64,000 nucleotides of DNA. Origin: Lepidodermella squamata (Eukaryota > Animalia > Gastrotricha). The stretch is from NCBI GenBank assembly GCA_047495785.1, contig JBLDXI010000001.1, forward strand, positions 3,224,001 through 3,288,000. The letters are read 5' to 3'. Below, one piece after another: positions 12,176 through 24,600 of this stretch; positions within the stretch are counted from its first letter, which is position 1, and each line of letters starts with the position of its first letter. Below the pieces are notes generated by a model. That model saw only the letters and a program-made list of their open reading frames with translations, was not told the origin of the DNA and ran no database searches. Made by a program: the position numbers and the translations under genes.

Positions 12176-13627
12176 TTACACCAAGTTTTCTCGATTCAAA
12201 TCACGTGTAGACCAATTTTTCAGTACAAATGCAGTTGGAACTTCAAATTCTTTGAATAAAAGATAGTCTTCAAGTATTTTTGGCATCTGCAGAGAGGTAA
12301 TAGCGGTTGCTCGATCTACAACTCCGCAGGGCAGATTCTTCAGAATAGCTTGGCGCGAAATGGCCTGCAGGCAACGGGGAAAAGCCTTCATGGCAGAATT
12401 CAGCAGGTATGTGTAGTCTTCGCTTCGACGGCGGTTGCGCTGATCAAACTTTTCAATAACTTCCGTTACTGCTTTCAAATCGCAAGAAGATGTTTTAAGA
12501 AATTCCAGCAGCGCGCAAAAAATTGCTCCCTCACGACCCCATATATTTGTACTGTACAATCTGAGATTGTTGAAAGATAATCCGGATACAAAAGAAAGCT
12601 TGCAGTAATATTTAATCATTTTATAAAAAGATTCATATCGCACTCCAGCCCGGATCAAAGGCAGAAGTAAATTGGTGAAAATTGTCGCAGCAATTTTCTT
12701 AGAGAAACCTGTCTCACGCGTTTTCGAAAAGGTTTTGTTGAAAAGTTTACAAACAAAAGATTCATCAATAGTTACGGAGTGGAATCGAAACTTTTCAATC
12801 AACTTCGCCGTCATCAATGGATTGAAGACAGATAGGCCAGTTAACATAGGAATGCAACTGCCTTCGTCCTTCAGATATGGTATCATCACTTCAAGAAATC
12901 GGTTGTAGAAATCGATTTGCTCATTACTGGCCAATCGCTGGTGTTGAACGCAGTCGGCCAACAGCTCACAATACTTCGATAAAACTTTATATTTCATCGC
13001 AGGATGACGCTCGTCCTGAGTTCCTTCGACGACCGTGTCGATTAAACCTCGGTCAACATCAGCGCCATTTTGTACAAGAATTTCGAAACCTTTCAACCAC
13101 TGTTTGTAATATGCATGGAAAAGAAAGGACTGTAAAACACAGATTGGAGCTGTTTCTCGAACAACTTTGAGAGCGTTAAACAATGTTTCGCAATCTCGAA
13201 CTCGAACGGCAAAATTCATCTGAACATAGGCTTCAGCACTAAAGTCTTTTGTCACGGCTAATTTTCGCGACTCTTTGGCAATTTCGGAAACGACTTCCAA
13301 TTTATGTACTTCTGAATCGAAAGGCAGTAGAACAACTTTTTGTTCTCCGTTGATTGTAAGATTTCTGTCCAGAAATGTTATACACCCTTCGTTATTACTC
13401 GGATACTCTTTGACAATGCGTCCATTCATGCGCGTTATCACTGGCATAGAGACAGACTCAGCGACTCGAAGCAAATCGTCCAAGAATTTACGTGATGAAA
13501 TGATGCAATTATCCGAACCACCGCAAACAAAATTGGAGCTATGAGTCTTTATTTCGTCATTAGTACCAATAATCGCATTTCTTGCATCTTGCATTTCTTC
13601 GACATTCCCCTCTGGATCATTAGACAT
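12176..13627 (-). CDS. Divergent SOCS-box protein, paralogue B (intronless, 483 aa)
   Basis: Single ORF; C-terminal PRCLQAISRQAILKNLP...SLQMPKILEDYLLF SOCS box; one ankyrin-like half repeat FEILVQNGADVD. Confidence 0.82.
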   Translation of the reverse strand: MSNDPEGNVEEMQDARNAIIGTNDEIKTHSSNFVCGGSDNCIISSRKFLDDLLRVAESVSMPVITRMNGRIVKEYPSNNEGCITFLDRNLTINGEQKVVLLPFDSEVHKLEVVSEIAKESRKLAVTKDFSAEAYVQMNFAVRVRDCETLFNALKVVRETAPICVLQSFLFHAYYKQWLKGFEILVQNGADVDRGLIDTVVEGTQDERHPAMKYKVLSKYCELLADCVQHQRLASNEQIDFYNRFLEVMIPYLKDEGSCIPMLTGLSVFNPLMTAKLIEKFRFHSVTIDESFVCKLFNKTFSKTRETGFSKKIAATIFTNLLLPLIRAGVRYESFYKMIKYYCKLSFVSGLSFNNLRLYSTNIWGREGAIFCALLEFLKTSSCDLKAVTEVIEKFDQRNRRRSEDYTYLLNSAMKAFPRCLQAISRQAILKNLPCGVVDRATAITSLQMPKILEDYLLFKEFEVPTAFVLKNWSTRDLNRENLV

Positions 13628-13840
13628 GTCGGAGGTATCGCCAAATGAACTATAGTAATAATCTATCTATAAATTGCAAAATAAAAACGATGTTCAAAAC
13701 CTTTCAAAAACATTTCTGAGCTGAGCAAAAATATTGGCGAATTATTGAAAAACAGGCTTAGATTCGACGAGAAAGCTGAAAAAATCCAATGCTCTAATAA
13801 AGAAACTGGTTTTGAAGAGTTTTGCTGGATTTCAGGCCAC

Positions 13841-15280
13841 TCATTTTCCAACTACTAAAGCAGCGGGCACTTCGAGTTCTTTGAATAAGAGATAGTCTTC
13901 AAGAATTTTAGGCAGTTGTAGCGAGACAATAGCATTTGATCGGTCTGCAACTCCATAAAGCAAATTTTTTAAAATAGCTTGCCTCGCCATGGCCAGCAGA
14001 GGACGAGGAAATGCCTTTGCTGCGTAATGCAGCAAATAAGCATAGTCTTTGTAGCGATTGCGGTTATATGGAGTGGCCCCACAGCCGAAATTTTCATGTA
14101 ACTCTTTGAAATTACACGAAGAATTGCTGCAGCACTCGAGCAAAAATTGAAAAATAGCATCCTCACGGCCCCAAATTCTGATACTGAAATATCCAAGGCG
14201 GTTGAAAAATAGTCCGGATCCAGGCCAATCCTTGCGGAATAACCGGGTCTTCCAGTGAAACGAACCGTGTCGCAATCCAGCACGTATCAATGGCAGTAGT
14301 AAATTTGCAAAAATAGTAGCAGCGATTCGTCTAGAAAAACCAGTGTGAGATACAACCGAAATAGTATCATTGAAAATTCCCATCAAAGCACAATGTAAAC
14401 TGAAAGATGCATCGAAAGATCCGCATTGCGCTCGCAAATTTCCTAGCAACTTCGCTGTCATCGCTGGATTAAAGACTGACAACCCTCTTAGAATACCGAT
14501 ACAATCGCATGTGTCCTTAATAAACGGCTCCATAACTCCGACGAATTTGTTGTGAAAATCGATGTCCTCGTTATCGCTAGGCCATTCCTGGCTTTGCAAG
14601 CACGTATTCAGCAGATCGCAGTACCAATGCAGCAAGAAGTATTTAGCCGCTAAGTGACGCGGCTCGACGTTTCCTTCCGAGAGGCAATCCTCTTCCACCA
14701 GGCTTCAATCAACATCGGCCCCATTTTTGATAAGAACCTCGAAACCTTCAAACCATTTTTTAACAGTAGAAGTGTATAGAAATGACTGTAAAACGCAGAT
14801 TGGAGTTGTTTCTCGTACGATTTCAAGGGTTTTCAATAATGTCTCGTGATCTCGAATCCGAACAGAAAAATACATCTGAACATATGCTTCAGCGCTGAAA
14901 TCTTTGGTTATAACCAATTTTTTCGACTCTTTGGCAATTTCCGAGATGACCTTCGCTTTTTGCTCTTTGGAATCGCAAGGTGATAGAAAAATTTCACGCT
15001 CTCCATAGTTCGTAAGATTCTTGTCCAAAAATGCGACAACCTTCTTGCAATTACTGGGGTACTCCTTTGAAACGCAGCCATTTACGAGATTCATACGCGC
15101 TATCACTGGCTTGGAGACCGACTCGGCTACTTGGAGCAAATCATCCAAGAATTTGGGTGATGAAATGGCGCAGTTTTCCATGCCGCCACAGACAAATTTA
15201 TACCCATGGATACCTTCGTCGTATTCGCTCGCATCTACTTCCCCTTCTTCGCATTCGTATTCTTCGCCATCGTCAGACAT
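13841..15280 (-). pseudogene. Divergent SOCS-box paralogue C, interrupted by one in-frame TGA
   Basis: ORFs 14705-15280 and 13841-14698 are in the same frame. TGA at 14707-14705 aligns with CGA (Arg, GADVDR) of paralogue B. SOCS box PRPLLAMARQ...SLQLPKILEDYL intact. Confidence 0.82.
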
Positions 15281-15534
15281 GGCAGGATACAGGATGCTTT
15301 TAAACCGAAATAAATAATTTGTATTCTTCTATATAGGAAGTTGATATTACGTAGCAAGTTTTCAAAGAGAAAAGTAGAATAATAGAATGATGAAACCACA
15401 AACAGTCAAAGAACGTAAATTACCTTAAAAAGTCGAATCAGACAAATCGATAAGGATTCCAAACGACTACAAACTGGATAGTTTCGCGATTTTCACCCAA
15501 CAATTACAACAGAACTAGAATTAAAATGTCTTTA

Positions 15535-18500
15535 TTAAAGCTCAACGTTAAAGGCAGTGAATTCTGAAAAGTTCAAATAGGCTTCAATACATTGTGGTAG
15601 GCAAAGAGCCGAAATAGCTTCATTTCTCTGCTTCAAGCCACAAGGCAGCTTTTTCAGCACAGCCCTTCTAGACAAGGCCTGTAACTTTCCCGGCAGCTGC
15701 AAAGATTCATATAGCACAGTGTTACGATTCAGCTTCACTTTAACCACTCTATCGCTCCGGCATTCGTACAATAATTCGCAAAACAAGTCTAGATAATTCG
15801 ATCTACTACGCCATAGCAAACCAGTTATTAGCTGCAAATCAGCCAATCGCCAAAATGGCTCGGTAACTTTCAGCCGAGCGCCAGACCTCAGAAGTGGTAC
15901 GATTGTGCTTGATATAATTCGTGCCACCAATTTAACAGGCATATTGCGCATCAGCGACAAAGCACCACCCAAACTCTCGAAGACATATTTCAGCGGCGAC
16001 TGCTGCGACAAGATTCGAGACCGGAAAAGCGGACTGACTTCTTCGATGATGCGTTCGACGGCTTTCGGGTGTAACGCTGCAGCTGGGTAGATTTCTTGAA
16101 GGCAGTTGTGGCCCAGTGAAAAAGTCCAGTTGTTAACATGGCTGAGCAGAAGGTCCAGTAGAGAATTCACGAGCCGAATCTCGTCCATTATGTCATTGGG
16201 CAGGGAATCAAGATCAGATTCAAGAACCGCGTCGAATATATCATCGTAGAGCCGCATGCAATCGAAAATTGGAGCGTCGTTATCATCTAAGGAAAAGGTT
16301 TTCAATTAATTGTCGAAATTTTGCAGAAGTGCGATAAATTAATTAATTCGCTGTCCCTACCGTAATTTTGAAAGCAAACTTAAATTTATTCCCCAGACTG
16401 GGCCAGGCACTAATGCCAAGTAGCGCGTTGTTATTATCGGTCTGATCGCCACCACATTTGAAAAGATCGCGAGTCTAACTTTATGCACCTTGGCTGGTCA
16501 TTCATTTCGTCGAAGCCACTAAGAAGGACATCGAATTTAAGGGGTAAGTTCCCACTCAGTATAGACCATATTACGCTTTTTGCTTATTCATCAGGTCCTA
16601 CGAGAGGCGATCTACTTCCAGTTTGATGGTTCTATCTTATCATACTGACAGGTAGAGTCCAGGACGAGCTCTCTGCCGGGTTCGCATCTCGGCGGCCGGA
16701 TAGTCCCTTAACATGCCGCAATTTTTAGTCGGGAACAAAATCTGTCTGAGTTCTGTTCCTTCCATTTGGAAGAAAGCAATTGTTGTTCCGATTTATAAGA
16801 GATCGGGTGATACATCGAATGCACTGAACTACCGCCCTATTATTCAGGCGAACCGAAGACCATGGCAACGCCGATGCTTTGAGTCGTTTACCGGTCGGTG
16901 AAGATCCCAAATTCGATGGGGAGGAAAGTGCAGATGATGTTGATATGGTTCTGACAATCAAAACAATCGGGTACCAATCAACGAATGAAGCAAACGCTAT
17001 GACTCGAGAGTCGGTTCGTGACCCAATCGTGTCCAAAGCCGCGATGTTTATTCGAAATGGTTGGCCTAATCAACTGGATGAACAAGAGCTGCGAGATCTT
17101 AAAAAACTCTCACCGTATTTGTCAGTTAACGGACCTTGTGTATTTTATGGAAACAGGTTGCTTATTCCCAAGAATTTGCGTGAAGATGTTCTGAAAGTCG
17201 TTCACCTGGGACATTTCGGTATCCAGCGAATGAAGCAACTGGCTCGAACGGCGGTCTACTGGCCGGGTATCGATGATGCGATAAATAACCTGGCTAAAAC
17301 CTGTTCAAGCTGCAACGAACATCAAAACAACCCGATCAAAGCACCTGTTCACCCTTGGTCACTTCCGGAACAACCTTGGACTCGAGTTCATGTCGATCAT
17401 GCGATAAATTTCCTCGAGTCGAATTGGCTGATCTTGGTGGATTCAACATCGCGCTATCCTTGCATTCACCCCACCAAATCACTGACGGCCAAAACGACTT
17501 TGGAATTGCTCGATGAAGATTTCGCTCATTTCGGTTTTGCTCAGGTGCTGGTTACCGATAATTTTCCCATGTTTCATTCAGAAGAATTTCAACGGGGTTG
17601 TGCAGATCGGGGAATCATCCACTTGACTGGCGCACCGTATTTAGATCTGTCGAAAGCCTTCGATGTTGTTCCGATCGACTTTTTACTTGCCAAGCTGGAA
17701 GAGATCAACATCTGTGGCAGCGTGCTCGGCTGGATCAAGGATTACTTGTCTGGTAGAAAATTTCAAGTCAGCGTTAGCAACTCGAAATCAGCATTTTCCG
17801 ACGTGCCTTCTGGGGTTCCGCATGGCTCAGTGCTCGGCCCTCTGTTGTTTGTTATCTTCCTACTCCACATTAATCAGTGCATCAGTGATAGCAACGCAAC
17901 ATTTTTTGCAGATGATACCAAGCTATATAAAATTGTAAATAATTCTTCCGACTGCGACAAATTGCAGAATGATTTATCCAAACTGTGCTCTTGGTTCACA
18001 GAAAACGGCTTGCTGATAAATCCTAGAAAATGTTATGTTCTTCGACTAGGGCATCGTCGCTTTTCATATGATTACCATATCGATGGTATCAAGGTTGAAA
18101 CTGTCGATTGTGTACGAGACCTAGGTGTTCAAGTGGATAGCGAGCTATCTTTCGAGACTCATTGTTGTTTACTAAAGAAAAGGTGCAATAATTTGATTGG
18201 TTGTATTCTCAAATCTTTAAAAAGCAGGAATCTTCGTTTGAAAGCCTATAAAACCTATTATGTTTTACCACTACTCGACTATGCGTCCTTGGTTTATAAT
18301 CCTTTCCATCTCGGGATTATTGATGATCTGGAATCAATTCAGCGAAAATTTTTAATGAAATTGTCGAATTACGAATCATCTGATTATAATTTTCTACTTA
18401 AAAAATTTGATTTGTTGTCTTTGGAACAGCGCCGATTCACTAAAGATATTGTTTTCACTTACAAATTCTATCATAATCTTGTTGACGCTAAATTTTCAGA

Positions 18501-19847
18501 TTTATTTACGCCTTCTAGCAACAAATATTGAGACTTCATCGCATTCGTCAATCTGAATGCCATTTGAACTGCAGAAAATATTCTCTTGACAGACGAATTG
18601 TTAATGTTTGGAATACTTTCAACATCGAAAATGTTAATTCTAGCCTCAATTCATTTAAAAAAATTCTTATGAATATTGATATTGATAAACATCTTGTGTC
18701 GTCAGTGAGGCGCCGTAATACGTGAAAATTATCTTTCTTTTTCTTTTTTACTGTTTGCTACAATCGCAAGTGCGATAATTGCAAGTCAAATATAAATAAT
18801 AAAATAAATAATAAATAAAATTAGTCAGACTAGCATAACACAAATTCGGTAAAAACTTGGCAGTTATATTGATCGATACCGAGCAGAAAATTGATAACGA
18901 TTGAGACTTGAGTCTTGATTACAAGACGCAAATACGTTGGACTCTTATCTAGAGCTTTTCGTGGATCAATCTAGCAACAAATAAGACCCAGATTTCGAAA
19001 ATTATTTAAAATTTGATTCATGTTTTTGGATATTTGATTTTGAACAGTTTCCATCAAAAGCAACCATTTTTAGACACTAACAGAGAAAATTCGAGGAAAT
19101 ATCGCCAGCTTGCTCGCGAAAAAATCTGAGTTCCTAAAACTCAACAATACTGCCTTCATTCGAAACGTTAGCCAATGCACCGGCATAAAAAATGTACGTG
19201 TTCAATGTGAAATAAGAGCGTTTTGTTGCAATTATTTGTGTAACTCCTAATTCTACGCATAAATGTCAATAAGAAAATTAAAAATTACCGTTTCGCAAAG
19301 CCTTTATTGGCGATGCCCCGCACTGCAAAAGCGTTTCCGCGGCTTCGAAATAGCGCCGAGTGACAGCTTCTTTCAAGAAAACTTGCAAAACGCACGTTCC
19401 AATGGATTTTTCGCATTCGATGAGAATAGTTTTCAACAAATCAAACCGCCGAGATCGAAATGCAACGTAAGCATAACAAAATTCTTCGGGCGTGAATTCG
19501 TCCGCCTTATTCACAGTTTTACGCCTAGCCCGCCTTGAGTCGAGCTCTTCAAAAATCAGCTGCCGAACAGCTGGTTTCAGACTAGGGTCGCCAAATCGAA
19601 CTACAAGCCAGTTATCGCCGAATAAGGTCCCGTCAAATAGAGGAACGCCCTCGAAATCGTCATCCAACCTATCATCGTCATCTTCTGACAGCATTAGCCG
19701 GAAAGACGGGTCGCCATCTAAGCCGAGCCGGGTGCGAATGTTGGTGACCAGCGAACCAGCGACTTCAAGAGCTTGGCAGAAAAAGTCTTCTGAGCAAACG
19801 GAACAATCTTCTTCGCATATAAATCCAGAGTGATCAACGTCGTTCAT
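15535..19847 (-). CDS. Divergent SOCS-box protein, paralogue D (exons 19847-19289 and 16286-15535)
   Basis: Phase-1 donor AACG|GTAATT and acceptor TTCCTTAG|AT join in frame. N-exon FICEEDC...FTPE...TCVLQVFL...LLQCGA aligns with B/C; C-terminus PGKLQALSRRAVLKKLP...LCLPQCIEAYL is a SOCS box. Confidence 0.8.
16713..18820 (+). mobile_element. Chimeric retroelement: CR1/L2-type LINE 3' part with an embedded Ty3/Gypsy RNaseH-end/integrase segment, in the intron of paralogue D
   Basis: LINE WKKAIVVPIYK...NYRPI (to ~16842); Gypsy HGNADALSRLP, HLGH...CSSC, WTRVHVD, VTDN, GAPY (~16843-17640); LINE RT YLDLSKAFD, GVPHGSVLGPLLF, FADDTKLY, DLGV; A/T-rich (AATA)n-like tail 18788-18820. Confidence 0.9.
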
Positions 19848-21682
19848 TAAAAAATAGCTAAATCAAGAAATTATGCAACGTAAAAATCGTTTATTAATCT
19901 CAAATAAATTGAAAAATTTGCGTATGATCAAAAATGCGAAAGTCATGCTCGAATTCGAGATTGTTCATATTCAAAAATTGCGACAAGTTACTCGGTAACA
20001 AAAGGTCCCGAATCACCATTTGGCGCTCTTTCAAGCCTTTAGGTAATTTGTTTAAAATTGCCCCTCTAGCTCATTCTTGAAGAGAAAGTGGCCAGGTAGC
20101 TTTGAACAAGTCTTTGCAGTCAACTGTGATAACCAGGTTTTTCACGGATTCTGGAGCTTTGCAGGCTTCAATGAGTTTTGAAACGCCAAAACCGTTAAAC
20201 ATTGAGAGTGCATGAGATAAATAACGCAAATGAACTGAATTTATATCATCACTTTCGGCGAGAGATAAGACGAAAACAGGGCACAAACATCGGAATGTTT
20301 TTCTTCGGCCTCCAGAATGTAACCAGCCCTGGCCATGGGTAAATAGCAATATTTTATAATGGCTGGTGTCATAAATTGACGTAAATGTTGACTGCCTGGC
20401 TGCAAATCGAAGTTGGTTATTTTTTTAAATTTTGCTTTTTCAGCACGAAATTCGACATATTACGCAGAATCATAGTCCGGAATGTGAGGGGCGAACTTTA
20501 GTTGCCATTGAAGAAAGGCGCTGCAATCAAACAGTTCGACGGTTTTCGGGAATTGTTCAACGAATAAGTCGATGACACGGTTGCGATTCTGTGAGTGAGT
20601 AATCGAAATATTATCGGGTTCCAGCTCGGGGTCGCATTGCTCCAAATAGCCTGCCAGCAATCAGCTCTGCAGAAAACATTGGGATAAATATATCAAGTTT
20701 CTCAATTTTCATCCGACAAGTCGAATTTTTCTTGTGGCTAACATAGCTATCTCTCCTCAAAAATTAAAACCCCAGTAATATGGTATATAATGAAATCAGT
20801 TTTAGGACTCTTACGTGAGTACCTTGAAAATGATGATGAGAAATATTACCATTTAATGGGGCTCACTTTGCTGCTGTAATAAAAATTTCGAAATTCCGCA
20901 CCGATTTGAATATTTCTGCTAATCGCGTAAAACGATATTAGTCGAAGAATAAATCATTGTAGGGAAAATTCGATCAAATTCTGTTAGAAAAGGTTAGAGA
21001 GATGAAAGCTGAGCGCGATAAAATTATAAAACAAGTTCACTCCCAATGAAAGGAATACCAGGAGAGCCTGAGTGCGAAGGTTATTTCATGCAATAAAACT
21101 GACAAAACTTGAAGAGGATGCACTCGAGATTTTCCTCTCGTATTTTTTTTAATCTCGAATTCAATAAATGTTCATACATTTCATATATTTTCCAATAACA
21201 TATATTCATGAACATTTAGGATTTTCCAGGATATCGGACTCAAATAGGCAGCATTCTCATAGATTTAGATTTAAATATCATATTGAGTGCCCTTAATATC
21301 ACTCTCTCAACACCAAGCCTTTCGCTGGGGGTGTTATCGTGACAATGTCTTGTAATTCCTTACTTATAGCCCAGAGCCTTTAACGAGCGTGTTTTTGTTT
21401 TCGCGCTTGCGGCACAAAACGCGCGCGTCATACCCATGTCCAACGGTATTTGGTGTTTGCATATACACATAAGAGATTAGTAAAATAAATAAAACCCGAA
21501 AAATTATTCGCACATACAAAGGCAGCGCGTATATGGCGTTTGTTACAGCCGCAGCCTATTAGGAAGTGCCATTAGCTAAATTTCACGTGGTGTGCTAGAA
21601 AATGAGGCTGCATTGTTGTTCCGGTGTTGTAAGTAACGCGGCAGATGAGAACGCATTACGAGTCTAACCAATAAGTGAGCAA

Positions 21683-24600
21683 ATGTACACCGCGATATCA
21701 TCTACAATTATCTACATTTTCTTCCTAGTCAAAGGTCAGATTTCCCACACATTTTTTCACACTGATTCGATCGATTTTTTTTAAATACAGAAATTCATGC
21801 GACCGATGGCAGAAAGTGTGGAGTTTTTACTGGGTCAAAAGGTCGCGATCCGTATGGCTACCCTGTCAGCTCAGCGGCTGAAGTGCCGTGGCAGTTGACT
21901 TTCGAGTACGAAGGCCGATTATGCAGCGGTGCTCTGGTAGCTCCGCAGTGGTTCCTAACAACGGCTCATTGCATCGATTTCATACGCGAAGTGTTTGTCA
22001 GCGACCCGTCCGAAGAACGGGAGATGCCACCAGCAATTATGGGTCGTTCCGTTCGAGCGGCAACGATCGAAGAGGAGGATGGTATTCGTATAGAGGTGAA
22101 AAAATAAGATGCCTCATTTTGCTTAAAATATGAAAAATCAGTCAAATCGGGTGACTTCGGTCTATCAATAATCCTAAATTGACAATGTTAATGAGGGGAT
22201 GGGTGCTAGATAGCTGTTATATAGGCATTTTACATTTTTGGCAGATTTTCGGTCACTGCTGAAGCCACTCTTTGATATCGCCGAACAAGAATTTAACCGG
22301 GGTTATTTGGAAATATTTTTGAACTAACCAAATACCCTCAAAATATGTTCATTATGTCGATATGAAAATATCTAAAATAACCCGAAAATTTCCGAGTCCT
22401 TAATTTTTTCCAATATTATAGGGATTTATTTAGATATTTTCATAACGAAATACTGAACATATTTTGAGGGTATTTGGTTAATTAAAAAAATACGGTGCCA
22501 AATAACCCGGTTGAATTTTGAATCCAAGTTCAGGTCTCATCCTACAGGCAGTCCCCTTTCGACTTTTTATCCAAATTAGGACCAAATTATCCGAATTCAC
22601 CTCAATTTACGGCGTTTTTGTCATTTCGATTCCAATCCACTATTCCAATATTAGGCTGGAAATTTCTATGTTCATTTTATTGTCCTTAAATTTAGGTCGA
22701 AAATTATTTCATTCATCCGCAATATAACTCAGAAACCCGTGACTTCAACTTCGCCCTCGGCTATCTTCGCCAGGCGCCGGATGAAACGAGCAAAGTAATG
22801 CCCATATGTCTATTGGATACGTGTAAACAAGAGCGCGAATTGCCAGCTGTTTGCGGCACAAGCGGGTGGGCTAGCTTAACCGGCGGAACAGCCATTCTCT
22901 ACCGCAGTGTTGTCCCTCTGTGGGATTCTAATGACTGTATTTATGAAATTGAAGAATCTTCCGGGCACAAGTTCACAAAAACCGACAGAATGACTTGCGC
23001 GGGTGTATCGAGTGAAATATCGATGGGTCGCTATGGAAACTGTGTGGTAAGAACGAGATTTATACCATTTATTAAAATTTCCTAGCTTCATTTCACGCTA
23101 TAGGTGGATGACGGCGGCCCTCTTTCATGCCTTACCGGGAAAAATGGTTCAGTCTACTTACACGGCTTGGCGTCCTATCGAACCTCAGAGTAAATCCGCC
23201 TTTAATTAGGTTCATGTCTGGAATGTCCCATATTCATGTCTTCCTCTATACCTAGATGCCTAGAATCGTATGGAACTGTAGTTTACTCAAGACCATGCTC
23301 TGTTATGCATTGGGTTCGAGAAGTTACGAAAATCGTCGAACGAGTTTACAGCCAAGAGGAGTCAGAATCTCTAGTCGATAGCACCACTACAACGACTAGG
23401 CGGTAGGCTAAAATTTGTAATAAAGAAAAGCTCTAAAATATCATTTCACATTTAGTCCCACAACTGTTACAACGACACAGCCCACGGCGACCACCACGCA
23501 AGCGGCAACTATTCGGTATAAAATACTTTCTCTCTTTTAGTCCCGTGAATATGCATTTTTGCGATTGAAACAACTCTCCGATTACGAAACGTTCCTGCGG
23601 TCCTCAATTAATTCAAATTCAAATTCATTTATAAACGGACCTCAGCCTGTTACGAAATCTAGGTGTTAAACTTGGCTCCAGAATGAAGATCGTCATTTTT
23701 AACGCTTTTACTCATTTTAGGTCTCATTTTAGGTCATCGGCTTTTTGCGGGTAATTATTGGAAGTTAGGAGCCACTGTCAGCTTTTATTGACGGTAAAAG
23801 TTGTGACATAGGAATCGATAAACCAAGTTATTAGCCAAGGACTTCTACGGCCTAATTTTGTTTTTAATATTTAGAGACTCAGCAAATCTTGCGCACCACT
23901 AGAAATTGCCTTGAAAATGCCTAGCTGATTTCAGTTTAATGTTTTGATTTTTGGGCGAATTTATTGATGGTGCTGTTTCATTGATAATACAATGAAAATT
24001 AGTATGGACTTCTAAAATCGAAAACCCTATGCAAAATACCGTATTTGTTCCTATAGCAGCCCGGGCTACTAAAATTTCAACCTCGAAATTTTGAAAATTT
24101 TGAAAAATAATTTTTTTGAATCGTTAATTTTTCACGTTTTCGAACCGACTTGACCCCTCAACCCTCGGCTACTGTTGGAACAAATACAGTATATTTCCCG
24201 GGCAAAGCGAATCCAACTTTCGCTTGAACTTAACAAAATAACTGCCCAAATTATGGAAAAAGTACCGTTACGTCGGGGTTCCTGAGGTCACTCGATGATT
24301 TTGATTAAATTAGAAAATTGCGGATATTTGGTTCACTTTTGGCACTCCTCCAGAAAAAGCTTGAAAAATAGCTTTAGCTCGCCGTCTGAAAATTCGGCCA
24401 AGAGCCCAGTTAATGTAAAGGTTTTCAGCAATCATTTGAACAATTGTGATATTTTTCATGGCTTGACCGCAGAATTTCAGAGTTTTGAACATATTTTCCC
24501 ACATTGGACAACAATAGAAATAATAAAATTCGGAAAGGGTTGCAGCCTTGTAAGAATTTGTAAGAATTTGGAGAGATATCTAATTTCTAATTGGGCAATT

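Noticed and set aside
14705-14707. In-frame TGA as selenocysteine or a variant genetic code
   Set aside because: Aligned residue is Arg (CGA), not Cys or Trp; other genes here terminate at TGA; no SECIS recognised.
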